Below are positions 44,517 to 64,000 of a DNA stretch of 64,000 nt, one piece after another (the stretch's first letter is position 1; every line of letters starts with the position of its first letter). A program made the position numbers and the translations under genes. Location of the stretch: contig NC_087447.1 of the NCBI RefSeq assembly GCF_036321535.1, forward strand, positions 7,502,001-7,566,000, given 5' to 3'. Source of the DNA: Camelus dromedarius. Lineage: Eukaryota. The notes below the pieces were generated by a model, which ran no database searches, was not told where the DNA came from, and worked only from the letters and a program-made list of their open reading frames with translations.

Positions 44517-47500
44517 ATGTTCCAGATCCCAGAATTTGAGCAGAGTGAGCAGGAAGAATCCAGCCCTGCAGATAGGGGCCTGGGCCCCAACCCCACTGGG
44601 GACAGGGCCCCAGGTCCCGGCAAGCACTGCCGAACAGCCACAGGCCTCCTGGGGGAAGCTGGTCACCAGCAGGGGCAACCGGCCAACAGCAACTACCATG
44701 GAGGTAGGCACCCCCTTTACAACAACCACCTGCCTGTCCACCTTACCTCCAGCTCAGTAACTCCCTGCACCCCAGCTACCTCCACACTCCCTGAGTGGCT
44801 TTGAGTAAGTCCCTAACCTCTCTATATCTCTTCTGTAAAACCGAGCAATTAGTCACCACCATTGTAGTGCTGTTGGGATGATTGGTAGGAATATCTAAGA
44901 AGCACTTAATTATAGAGCTGGTGCTTTCTAAATGCTCAAAGTATGTAGCTGTTAGTGTAGGACCAGGATAGAATCACTGAGAAGCAGCTGGAAAGGGGAA
45001 GTGACTTGCCTAAGGTCACACTTGCTTGGCATTTCCACCAAGCAGAGACTCTGCCCCAGGCTAGTACTTTCCCTGGGATTGGGCCTTACAGCTTCCAGCT
45101 ATGTTCCTTCGCACTCGTTGGCTCACACCCTCATGGGGCTGTCCTTGTCAGTTGCCACGGCCCAGTGACCCCAGGAGACAGACGGCCCTACCAGGCAGCA
45201 GGTCTGTGTGGGGCTGGAGAGGCATCAGCTGTCCTCCACACCTACTGAGGGGGACCCAGCGCTGGGATGGAAGGAGGGGCACTGGAGGGCAGTGACCATT
45301 TCTCAGTAGTCCCCATCCACCCAGTGCCCAGCACAAGCCTTAGCACCTGGAACAGCCACAGAGAGCTTCCGAAAACAAACATCACATTCCTTGCTAGCTG
45401 AAGCTGAAATGACACCTTCCCCATTTTCAGGAGCAGGAAGGCTTAAGGTCTCCTTCCCAGCCCACTCTCTGTTATACTGAACTCCACGGGCTTTCTTTAA
45501 CTTCTTCCAGGTCTTTGCACTTGCTGTTTTTCTGCTTTTTCTTCCTTCCCATTCTCTGTCTCAAGTGCTTAATGTGTGTCACATGCTGTTCCAGCTGCCA
45601 GGGAGTACATCAGGGACCAGAAGAGATAAATCCTTGCCCCTGTGGTGCCTACATTCTGGTAGGTGAGGGGAGACCAGCCATAAACAAACAAACAAGTAAA
45701 TGATATAATGCGTTAGAAGGTGATGGCAGTGTGTGACACACTCTTTACTTTCTTGTTGGAATCTAAAGTACCTAGGGGCGAGAGGAGTGACTTTAACTGA
45801 GGTGGCCTTGTCAGGGCAGGTCTTGCTAAGAAGTGACATTTGAGCAAAGGCTGGAAGTGATGAGTGTGAGCCAGGATGAGCCAGGCAGACATCTGAGGGA
45901 GGACATGCAGGCGGACGGAAGGGCATATGCAAAGGCCCTGAGGGCAGGACACAGTTCAGGCCAGGGAAGGGAGGGGAGTTGGAGACACTTCAAGAATTAA
46001 GGGAGGAGGAGAGGCTGCTGGGCAGGGCCTTGGAGGACTAGGTGAGGTCTCCAGCTTTCACTTTGAGTGCAGACATGGAGGGCTTTGATCTGATGTGGGC
46101 TTCCAGAGAATCACTAGGGCACCTGTGTTTTGGGCGTGTCTGCAGTGGGCAAAAGGAGGGGCGGTGCCACAGGGGAGGATGCTGGCCTGGGCCAGGGTGG
46201 TGGTGGCGAAAGTGGTAAGTAACTGGACTCTGGGCTTATTTGGAAGGTAGGATTTGCTGACGGACAGATGTGGGGTGTGAGACACAGAGAGGATCAAGGA
46301 TGGCTGCAAGGGACCTGGGCTGGGCCTCTACAAGGATGGAGTGTCTCTTAACTGAGATGGAACTGACAGGGTGTGGGGCGAGATCAGGAGCCCTGCTTGG
46401 GCCAGGTCAGGTCAGAGGTGCCTTCTAGGCATCCAGGTGGAGATTTCTAGTAGGGATAGAGCCAAGCGGAATTTGTACACGCGGGAGCTGGCAGTCACTG
46501 ATGGAGTGTTCTGTGAGGCCCCAGGGAGCCAAAGTAGACAGGAGAGGACCTGGGCTGAACCTGGGGTCCAGCCTGCACAGGGCAGCAGCAGAGGAGGAGC
46601 CAGCACTGGAGTCTGAGATGAGCCACCTGGTAAGGAGGGGAGTGCTGAACTGGGTGACGAGGGGAGGGGCAGGAGGAGGGCTGGGAGTGGGGTGCAGGAC
46701 TGGACCACACAGGCACTGCAGTTGGGGTGGAGAGCTGGGAGGGATAATGGGAAGAGCTGGAGGCAGAAAGGAGCATCTACTATTGGCAGCTAAGCTCCTG
46801 TCCAGAAGAACAGAAGAGCAAGTGGCAGCTGAAGGCACCAGGAGAGTCAAGGAAGGCTTGTTTTATTATTTTTTAAGATAAAAAGGGAAAAGAAAATAGC
46901 ATGTTTATAAGCTGATGGGTAAACCAGGAGCGAAGAAAACAGGAGGGTGTAGGAGAGAAGGGAGGCTTGCTGGAGAGGTGTTCTTGGGTAGGAGAGAGTA
47001 GCTGGTGTGCAGGGGAGGGGCAGTCTATCTAAGTGCAGTGGGGAGGGTTGGGGGAGATACCTCGTGGGAACTTGTAGAAGTTTCTCTTGTGGGTCCTCCC
47101 AGGTTCTCAGTGGAAGGAAGCCAAGTCCTGAGCCAGGAATGAGGGTGGGGAGAGGGGTGGAGGCTGATGGGGAGAGAGGCCCTGATCTGAAGGGGTCGTC
47201 CAGCCTGGAGTACTGAGTGTCGGATGTGTGCCTGGCCACATGCAGGACTCCCGCCACTGGGTCCTTTGACTGTGAATCTGAACTGAGTTGGCTCAGCTGC
47301 ACTTTCTTCCAACCACCCTGGCCGCTCGCTGTGAGAACTGGCAGAGAGTTGGTATTAACCAGAGCTGTTTGTCTCAGTCCAGTGGAGAGGCAGTGGGGGG
47401 CTTGGCTCTGGTGGGGTGTAAGCTGGCCAAGTATGAGGAATTCCAACTTCACTAGAGTTGGGGTCCCGAGGCAGGAAGCCGGGAAGGACCACTTCAGTGC

Positions 47501-50500
47501 TGTGAAGGAATGAAGATAGGAGTGACTAAGGGAGAGAGCTGCAGGGAGCTCGAGTGACCCCCTGCACACTAGGGGTGACCTAGAGGTGAGGGGTGCTTGC
47601 GGCCCAGAGGGGGAGGGGTGGTAGAAGCTGAGAGAAACTAGATTTGGGGAGGAGGGGATGAGAATGTTCTGAAGCAGCAATGAAGAGGTAAGGGGACGCC
47701 TACCGCAGCTCCGGCCCCGCCACGAGGGTGGCTGCAGTGGGGGAAACGGTCACCATGTAAGAGGACTGCACTGGATTTCTTAAAAGTTTTTTCTGTGCAT
47801 GCCTGCTGTTTTTGGGTTTTTTTTTAATTGAAGTATAGTTGACTTGCAGTGATGTGTTAGTTTCAGGTGTACAGCAAAGTGATTCAGTTATACATATATA
47901 TATTTTTTCCATTATAGGCTATTACAAGATACTGAATATAGTTCCCTGTGCTATACAGCAGGTCCTTGTTGTTTATCTATTTTATATACAGTTATTTGTA
48001 TCTGCAAATTCCAAACTCCCAATTTATCCCTCCCCCTACCCTTTCCCTTTTGGTAACTGTAGGTTTGTTTTCAATGTCTGAGTCTGTTTGTTGTGTAAAT
48101 AAGTTCAACTGCATCTTTTTTTTTTTTTTTTTTTTTTAGATTCCACATATAAGTGATATCCTATGATATTTGTCTTTCTCTGCCTTGCTTCACTTAGTAT
48201 GATCATCTCTAGGTCCATCTATGTTTCTGCAAATGGCATTATTTCATTCCTTTTTATGGCTGGGTAGTATTTCATTGTATATATATACCACAACTTCTTT
48301 ATCCATTCATCTGTCAATGGGCATTTAGATAGCTTCTATGTCTTGGCTAGTATAAATAGTGCTGCTGTGAACATTGGGTGCCTCAGTTTTCCTATCTGTA
48401 AAATGTGAATAGAACTAGTCACACCTCATAGGGTTGTCATGAGGAACTGATGCGTTAATATAGGAAAAGTGCTTAGAAACAGTGCCTGGAACAAAGGAGG
48501 ATTTGCTGTTCAAAGGATTTGCTGTTAATATAGGAAAAGTGCTTAGAAACAGTGCTGAACAAAGGAGGATATTACTGCAGCTGTTATTATTGTTACAATG
48601 AGTTGGCCCAGGCTCTGAGCAGATCTAGGGACTGCCATTTATTCAGCAGGGATACAGGCATGCATAACCAATGCACCCCTGATGATGGACAAGTGAAGTG
48701 TAGGTTAGACCCTGTATGTAAGGGCCTTGAAGGCCATGCCTAGGAGTTTGGAGTTTATCTCATGGGCAACGGGGAGCCATTGAAGGTTTTAGGCAGAGGA
48801 CAGAAATAGTTGGTGTTTTTTTGTTTGTTTTGTGTTTTTTTGGGGGGGTAATTAGGTCTATTTATTTTCAGAGGAGGTAGTGGGGGTTGAACCCAGGACC
48901 TCATGCATGCTAAGTGTGCACTCTATCACTTGACCTATACCCTCCCCCCTCAGACATAGTTGGGTTTAGAGCAGGGGTTGGCAAACCACAGCCAGCCACA
49001 GGCTAAATCTCTCCTTTTTTGTACAGTCCATGAGCTAAGAATGATTTTGACATTTTTAACTAGTTGACAAAAATCCAAAGAAGAAAAGTATTTTCTTTCA
49101 GTGTCCCTAAATAAAATGTTAATGGAACACAGCCATGCACAGTCATTTATATATTGTTTATGGCTTCTCTCAACCTATGACACAAAGTTGGGTAGTTGTA
49201 ACAGAGACTGTGTGGCCTGTCATGCCCAAAATATTTACTCTCTGGCCTTTTACAAAAAATATTTGCCAGCCTCTGCTTTAGAGTGTTTTCTGATTTCCTC
49301 AGCTCTGAGCAAGGTGGGGGTATGTTCTTAACAGGCCAGTAAGGGGCAGGTGTACCCAAATGGCTTTGGGGTACACAAGGAGTCTGGGCCGAGGCCTGCG
49401 GTGCTGGAAGCTGCCTGGCAACCGTGCCTGCTCAGGGTGGGGCGCCATGCCTTTCTGCCCGCTGGGGGCAAGCAGTGTGTGACTATGTGGTAGAGCAGGA
49501 TCCAAACCCAGCCCTGCCTGAAGGCAGAGCTTCACTGCCTCGAATTGCCTGGAACACCACTGTTTTAATTAAGTCTTGGAGGATGCTCACTGAAGCTTGA
49601 CCTTGGATGTGTCCAGCCCCACCCACTTACCCAGAAGCCCAGTGGGTGAAGGACTTAAAGCTTTGTGAGGGCTTGGGGCACCTCCTGCCACAGGCCCCTC
49701 CCTCTTCCCTACCCCAGCCCCAGGCAGGCTCTTGAGGAAGAAGGCTTGAGTGGGCAGGCCTGGGCACCCACCCACGCTCACACCAAGCTAGGAGCCACGC
49801 CCCCTCCCTATCCCTTACTTGCTGCAGAGGCCACTTCTGCCCTGCCCAGGGGCATGTAGGCATGAGAGCTAATTGAGAGTTTAATAGTTGAAGTGGGGGG
49901 CATATCCGCTTCCTCCAGGGAGTTCACAAAAAATCCCTCAGGTTTTTTCTAGTAAATAGAAGGACACTTAAAAGTTCTGGAGGGAGCCTGGAGCATGAGA
50001 GTTAAACACACAGACCCAGGGGCCAGACTGGCTGGGTGGGAAATCCCAGCTCTGCCACCTACCAGCTGCATGATCTTGGGCAGGTTACTTACCCTCTCTG
50101 TGCCTTGGTTTCCTCCTAACCTCCCCCATAGGGCGTGCGGAGGACAGACACGAGCAGTACTTCCAACCTGACACCGGGAGGACTCTTCTACTTGTTCTCA
50201 TTCCCAGGCGAGGGGCTGGTGCCCAGACCAAGTGCCCACCTGCAAGCCACTTGCCTTCTGACCCTTGGCCCTTGCATCCATCAAGTGCGGAGTTTATGTG
50301 GGTTCTTAGAGCCAGTAAAAGAGAAGAGCTGGTGGTTTCTGAGCACTTAAGTGACCAGGCAGGGTGGGCCAGCTGTGTGACCCCTGGCAAGTTCCTAACC
50401 TCTCTGTGCTTCATTTCCTAATCTATAAAATAGGGAGAACTTGGTGTCCGCCTCACTGGGAAACTAGGTTTCAGGACATGAAAGAGGGAGAATGGGGTGC

Positions 50501-53175
50501 TTTCATTGTGTCATTTGTTCTTCTGGTGGTCCTGGGAGACTAGGGCTACTTTCATTTCACAGAGGACACTGAGGCCCCAAGGGGTTGAAGGGCCCAAGGT
50601 CACAAAACAGGAACGTGGTTGAAGTGGGGCCCACCAGGCTAGTGACCCCTGCCCTGCTGCCCATACCCCCACGGAACCAGAAAGCACTCTGCAGACGGGT
50701 CTGTTCTCATCAGGGGTATTGCTGTTCTTGGCTCCTCCAGTCCCATTCCGAATCCCCACTGCTGATTTTGCTGCCCATTCCCCACTGCCAGCTTGTTCCT
50801 CGAAGACCTTACCTACCTGACCCCAGGCCTGGGGTTCTGGGGGAGCCCACGTGCTCCGACCTTGCTCTTAGCCGAGGCCTTTCTGGATCCAGCCCTCTTG
50901 TCCCTTCTTGGCTTTCTCAGCCACCTATCTGGAGCTGGGACCCTTGGAGGCCCTGCAGCCCTGGAGGTGACCCACAGGCTTTGGGGGAAGGATGAGACAT
51001 TGTTATCCCCTGGCTTAGACCTGATCTAGATCTTACTGCCTCCGAAGTGCTTCTCTGACAGATATGCCTTGCTGTGCATGCTGAGCACATTCCCCTGCAC
51101 TTGCTCCATGCCTGTCTTTCATTCTATACTTTGTTGGTCTGGGTATGGGGCTGGGCTTGGCAGGAGGGCAGGGGATGGCCTACAGTACACAGGTCAGACA
51201 AACTTTCGACATCGTAGCGGTGCCTCACTGAATAACGCCCCATCACGCACTTTCAGCTTACAGAGCACTCTCACGCTGTTTATTTTATGAGAGCCTTATG
51301 TGGTCACTGGTAATAAGAGCTAGGTTTATCCCCACAGAGAGGTGAGGACATAGGCTTAGGGAGTTGAACGGTAGTTGGACAAGGGAAAAACGTGGAGCTC
51401 AAAGGATAATCACTGGTTTCTGGATTCCAACCTCTGGGGGACTTCTAGCCTCAGAGCTTCACAGCTATGTGACCCTGGGCAAGTCTTAGCCTCTCTAAGC
51501 TTCTGTCTTCTCTATTCTCTCTAAGCCTCTGTCTTCTCATCTGCAGAATGGAAGCAGTGTTAGTACTTACTTCCCAGGATGGTTAGGAGGATAATTAGGT
51601 TATGCCCAGGGCCTAACACTCAGTTAAGTGCTCCATAAATTTACCTTAAAAGTCAACAGAACTTTCTGGACATTTTCTCCCAAGTGGGTGCTGTGGGAGG
51701 TACAGACTTGCTGCTGACATTTTTTTGTTCTCCAGGGGCCCAAGGTCTCCTATAGGCCACAATAGAGGAACAGACAAGCCCCAGCAGGTCGCCTGCAGAG
51801 CTGGAGTTCAGCCCTACCTGGCTGGAGCAGGACACTTTTTCATCCAGGGGACTGGTTTCCTCTGCAAGAGAATGGAGCTGATGAAAGAGCTAACAGCCCA
51901 GGGGTTGCTGGGAATCCCAGCGTCTTGTACTCATAACTATAACAACCATCTCTAATGCCCTTATTTTGCGCCAGGCACAGAGGAAAGTCATTTTATACAC
52001 AAAGGGCCTGGCCCATTATTGGGGCTCAATTAAGATTTGTGGGATTAATGAGAGGTTATTTCAAATCTTCACAAAAGCCTCATGAGCTTCCCTTAGGAAG
52101 GAACTGGAGCTCTGAGAGGTAGAGTGATATGCACGCAAAGATATCAACCGGCAGGTGGAGCTGATATTGAGGGCTTCTGGACGGCTGGGAGCGAAGAGGA
52201 GTTGAGATTCACATCATCCCCCACCACCCGACCCTCTCTGCAGGCGCTGGGGCTGTGGAAACCAGGAGTCGCCACAGCTCCCACCCAACGGGGACCGAGG
52301 ACGAAGAAGGGACGGAGGAGGAGGAGCCCAGCCCCTTCCGGGGCCGCTCGCGCTCAGCGCCCCCCAACCTCTGGGCTGCACAGCGCTATGGCCGCGAGCT
52401 CCGGAGGATGAGCGACGAGTTCCACGGCTCCTTCAAGGTGAGCGCACGGATGGGCGCACGGGTCCCCGTAGTCCTGGAGCATGCTGGGGACTGTACTCCC
52501 AGGTCTCCTCCTACTGGACTGTCCTGTTAGGGTTCCGGTGCATGTCGGGATTTGCAGTCTCGTGACTCCTCCCCTCCCACCGGCCTGCAAGGCATTTTGG
52601 GATCTGTAGTCCAGACCCCGCTCCAGAAGGCCAAGCCTCCTGGGTTCCCTAAATATTTGGAGCGCTAGGCATGCTGGCATCTGTGCTCCCAGCCAATCCC
52701 GTTCGGATATCCGGGTTCTCTGGCCTCAATTTCGGAACCACCTCTTTAATTCTCGAATTCTGGTCGCGTCTTACAGGTGCTTCCGGATCTCCGGCTCTGG
52801 CCCTAATAGGGTCTTCCTAGGCCTCCTCTCCCCGTCCCCGCTATGGAGGGTCCAGAATCTAACCAGTTCCATTCCTAAGAGGCCAAGCGATCGTTCATGC
52901 CTAGTAAAGTAGTCAGGAGACCCCTCGGTACAGGATCTTTATCTCCCCCGGAATTTCACTTAGCGGTGGGATTCCAGAAGTGGAGGGGCCTGACTTGGGC
53001 TGCCAGGATAAGCTAATTCACTTAACCCTTTCCTCCTCCCACTTCAAAGGGACTCCCTCGCCCGAAGAGCGCTGGCACCGCGACACAGATGCGGCAAAGT
53101 CCCAGCTGGACGCGCTTCATCCAGTCCTGGTGGGGCCGGAACTTGGGGAGAGGCGGCTCCGCCCCCTCCCAGTGA
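44517..53175 (+). CDS. BAD: BCL2-associated agonist of cell death (168 aa)
   Basis: Exons 44517-44703 ([14 protein letters not shown]), 52244-52437 ([30 protein letters not shown]3), 53050-53175 ([17 protein letters not shown]...SAPSQ*); 507 nt. Confidence 0.97.
45570..47680 (-). mobile_element. L2 LINE fragments in BAD intron 2
   Basis: ccttgcccctgtggtgcctacattctgg, gtgacatttgagcaaaggctggaag, gcaaaggccctgaggg, gtcttaactgagatgg, gcatccaggtggagatttctagtagg are typical antisense L2 segments. Confidence 0.75.
47815..48380 (-). mobile_element. 5'-truncated L1 3' end (cetartiodactyl-type)
   Basis: ttttttaattgaagtatagttg...tacagcaaagtgattcagttatacatata...tagattccacatataagtgatatc...gctgctgtgaacattgggtg. 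Confidence 0.9.
48381..48572 (+). mobile_element. MIR with a local ~48-bp tandem duplication
   Basis: cctcagttttcctatctgtaaaatg...; gttaatataggaaaagtgcttagaaacagtgc..gaacaaaggaggat occurs at about 48454 and 48523. Confidence 0.8.
48816..48950 (-). mobile_element. Camelid tRNA-Ala-derived SINE with TSD
   Basis: Reverse-complement head ggggagggtataggtcaagtgatagagtgcacacttagcatgcatgaggtcctgggttcaacc; flanks cagaaatagttgg (48801) and cagacatagttgg (48951). Confidence 0.9.
48972..49275. mobile_element. MER58B-like hAT-Charlie DNA transposon
   Basis: TIRs caggggttggcaaac / atttgccagcctctg; 8-bp TSD gtttagag / ctttagag; internal ggaacacagccatgcac, aaaatatttactctctggccttttaca. Confidence 0.85.
51290..51650. 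mobile_element. MIR fragments, one with a 22-bp internal duplication
   Basis: cagctatgtgaccctgggcaagtc...; ctctctaagcYtctgtcttctc at about 51491 and 51517. Confidence 0.7.
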
Positions 53176-53420
53176 ACTTCCGTCCCATAATCCAAAGTGC
53201 CGCACCGCCGTTGGTGGCCATCTTGGGAGTGGGCGGAAGTCTTTTCTGCAGGCCTTATGCAAAAATAGGATCCATTTCGTCCCTTTCGGAAGGAAGCGGT
53301 CTGACCCAGAGCCCGATTCCCTTCCGGGGTATGCGGACCACGGAGGCGCTCGGTCCCCATCGGAAGTTTTGAAATTCTTCCGCCCTTAGTTGCCGGAAGT
53401 GGCTCCGTGACCCCGCCCCG
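53176..53420. promoter_or_regulatory. Promoter-like YY1/ETS/Sp1 cluster inside the BAD 3'UTR
   Basis: GCCATCTT 53217-53224; seven CGGAAG/CTTCCG cores (53176, 53234, 53287, 53321, 53361, 53377, 53394); GGGCGG 53231; CCCCGCCCC 53411-53419; CpG-rich. Confidence 0.7.
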
Positions 53421-53536
53421 GCGCTGGTCGGCCCCAGGTGCCTGCGTCAGTTGCCAGCCGGGATTAACCCTAACTTCGCCAGAACCCTTTCCTCCACGGT
53501 AACGCTGAGGGCTGACAGCTCGCTACGAAATGTGCT

Positions 53537-53542
53537 AATAAA
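53537..53542 (+). terminator. BAD polyadenylation signal AATAAA
   Basis: gctAATAAAgcccgcgtctgtgcc, about 360 nt past the stop. Confidence 0.85.
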
Positions 53543-54139
53543 GCCCGCGTCTGTGCCAGCGAGTCTCCTCCGTCCGTCGTTTGGGTCTTTGCGGGCAGGG
53601 GGAGAGCTGGTACTGATAATGTCAAAAGATGTCCCCGTTTTACAGGTAAGGGAAACGGGCTCTTTTTGAGTGACATTCTGGGACCGAGACCAGGAAGGGG
53701 TTGAGGCGGCGAGCAGAGCCACGCTGCTTAGCCTCCGGGAAGCGGAGCGTGACGAGGCCTCAGGGACCTCCAAGTCCTTATCTCTAATATGGTAATTGGA
53801 AGCCGCAAGCCGGCTGGCAGCCGGAATGCCGCGTACTGCAAACCGTGCCGCCGTCCCCCAGGAAGGGTCATTTGTTCCTATTTGGGTCAGTCCTTTTGAG
53901 CAGCCACTGTGTGGCCGGCCTGGGGCCAGCGATCCTCAGGGAACTGGCAGGACACGCAGGGCGGGGGGACGAGGGCGGGGGTAAGGCTCCGCTCAGGGCT
54001 TGTGAGTAGAGTGATCACTAGGGAACTGGAGAAGCTTCACCAGGACCTGGGAGCAGAGCTCAATTCCAGAAAGATTTATTGGCGCCCTCTATAGACTAGC
54101 CAGCGCTTTGTATAGGTTTACAGAGATGAATTAAACGCC

Positions 54140-54440
54140 ACAACTCCTGCTATCTCAAGCTTCCTGGCAAGGGGAGAGCTAGCCTTTGAACAGTGGAGTT
54201 ATCGCCAGCCGAGTCCTATAACAGGGGCTTGGAACCGGGCTAGGGGCGGCTCACTCCAGCAAGGGAAAGTCAGGGAGGGCTTCAAGGAGGAGGTGAGCTA
54301 GACTCGAAGAGATGGGGGAGAGGGCTGTCATTCCTAGTAGAGGAAGGAGCAGACCCATGGACGGATAAGGGGAGCAGCAGAGGTCAGGCATCTCAAGGAT
54401 GGGAATGTAGTACCCAGGAGTTTGGAGTTTAGCCTGGTCT
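54140..54440 (-). mobile_element. L2 fragment
   Basis: agggagggcttcaaggaggaggtgagctagactcgaag...ggagtttggagtttagcc. Confidence 0.55.
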
Positions 54441-55683
54441 TTGAGGACCTGTGGACTGGTATCTAGTGTTTCCGTGTGGAGTCAGGAAGATAGGAGCTGG
54501 CTGCTGAGAGGCCTGAACGGGGCAGATTTGGGGCTAGGACAAAGCCTGACTGCAGAAGCAGGGAAGGCCTGGGCAATGGTACTGATCCTAAGGAAGCAGG
54601 GCCTTAGGCAGAGGTCCCCAGCCTGACACATCCCTACTCTGGAAGTCCTGTTTCTCTGACGTCCCCACCACATTTGTTTGCCTGAGGTTGCAGCAAAAAC
54701 AAAGAAAGAATACACTCAATTGGCAGGAGATAAGCCCAGATAAGAGGCTGCCTTCCTCTGGAGGAGGGAGGCAGTCAGCCCGGGAAGCGCCAGGAAGCTG
54801 GGAGAGGCCTTGAAGAAGTGCCAGCCTGACCCTGCTGCAGAACCCGGCCGCACCCTCGCTGCGGGGTCTCTGCCACTCTGCCGTCCCAGGGCCGGAGGGG
54901 GAGGCGTGGAGCAGGTCCTCCAGGCTGGCATAGAGGGTCCAGGCCCACCCTGCCTCCAGGTCAGGATGTCTTGACTTAGTTGTGGCCTCAGTTTCCTCAT
55001 CTGCAAAACAGGGATAACATCTCCCTCACAGGGATGAGAGGGATGCTGGGTCTCCTAGCCCCTGCGAGTGCCTGTGACTGTCAGCTTCCCTTCTCCCAAG
55101 AGTCACTTCTAGGCCCATCCACTTCCCACCCAAAGCTGAGAACCCAGGTCCCCTGATGTTGGGCAGGTTCTGGGCTGCCCAGCTCCACCCCTAGCAGGTC
55201 GATCCCCAGAGAGTCAACTGCCTGTGTGGCTGGAGCTGCCTCAGCGGAGGATGCTGGGTGTTTGGGTCATATCAGGCAACAGGAAGGGGGGGCAGAGGAG
55301 GCTTCCTGAAGCAAAGGCCTGAGCCTCTGTGAAGGGAGGACAAGAAAAGCCCAGGAGGGAGAAAAGTAATGGGGGCGTGGGGCGGGAGTGATAGCCCAGG
55401 GCAGGGGCATAGAGGCGGGGAAGCCTCGGGGAGACCAAAGGGGCTCTGGTGTCAGGTCACTGGGAAGATCTGCAGGTAGTTCCTGGGCAAGGAGGTCTCA
55501 GGTTTGAAACCCAGCAACCCTCTGGACAGGGGCCTGACCTCAACCCCACGATGCCCACAAGCCCATTTTATAGATGAGAAAACTGAGGCTCCAGAAGTGG
55601 CAGAGCCAGGTCTAGGGCCCGGAGTCCTCTCCAGCACTACCCTACCCCAAACCACGCTGCACACAGGGTCCCTGAAATCCACT

Positions 55684-55689
55684 TTTATT
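55684..55689 (-). terminator. PLCB3 polyadenylation signal AATAAA
   Basis: tttatt on + about 390 nt past the stop. Confidence 0.7.
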
Positions 55690-56078
55690 CATGTAAAAAA
55701 AAATCCCAAAAGGATAGAGAAAGAATGTGACCCCTACTTCCCGGAGCTCGCAGTCTCTACCCAGTGCTCCCTGGGGAAGTGAAGGAGATGACGCCCACTC
55801 TGGGGTATGGGTGTCATGGGGGCGAGGCTCTTCTGGCCCAGAGTGACCCACTCAGCACCTTCTCTAGAACTGAGGACAGGAAAGAGGGGCGGAGGACTAA
55901 GAGGGCCCTAGGAAGGTGAAGGGAGGGAGTTAGTGTGGGGTGCTCACCCCAGTTTAAAAAAATAAAATTTCTAAAGATAAAAAGTTAAAAAAAAAAAAAA
56001 AAAAGCATTAGTGTCTTGGCCTCCTGTCCTCCTCCCAGCACCCACCCTGGCCCTTTGGCCACCTCTTGCTCAGCCAGT

Positions 56079-64000
<7,922 letters not shown>

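Noticed and set aside
53630-53665. Strong + strand donor CAG|gtaagg at 53645 suggesting a new exon downstream of BAD
   Set aside because: It lies in a MIR-like segment (ccccgttttacaggtaagggaaac), so it is probably incidental; no partner acceptor was identified.
54720-54800. Two AGATAA (GATA) sites with ETS cores between BAD and PLCB3
   Set aside because: Short motifs are common by chance; nothing else in the sequence supports an enhancer.

Overview
Mammalian genomic DNA, very probably a camelid (camel/alpaca) judging by six copies of a tRNA-Ala-derived SINE with A-rich tail (Vic-1-like). The window is the conserved block syntenic to human 11q13.1: CCDC88B (-, 5' half), PRDX5 (-), TRMT112 (+), ESRRA (-), CATSPERZ/TEX40 (-), KCNK4/TRAAK (-), GPR137 (-), BAD (+), PLCB3 (-, 3' two-thirds). 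All visible exons were mapped by hand with GT-AG boundaries and consistent phases; no gene is disrupted, but four N-gaps all fall on ESRRA exons and hide its zinc-finger DBD. Gene identities and all human/mouse comparisons rest on recalled protein sequences, not database searches. Best second-look items: (1) a remnant of the rodent BAD-L N-terminal exon with one in-frame stop, plus a spliced 138-aa alternative-frame ORF overlapping BAD; (2) a cassette/poison exon in KCNK4 intron 2 that would give a 67-aa TRAAKt-like product; (3) a KCNK4 long-isoform ATG created by splicing; (4) a YY1/ETS/Sp1 promoter inside the BAD 3'UTR; (5) the human long GPR137 C-terminus killed by a stop and a frameshift; (6) strand-asymmetric RGGTCA DR1/DR4 clusters in PLCB3 introns.
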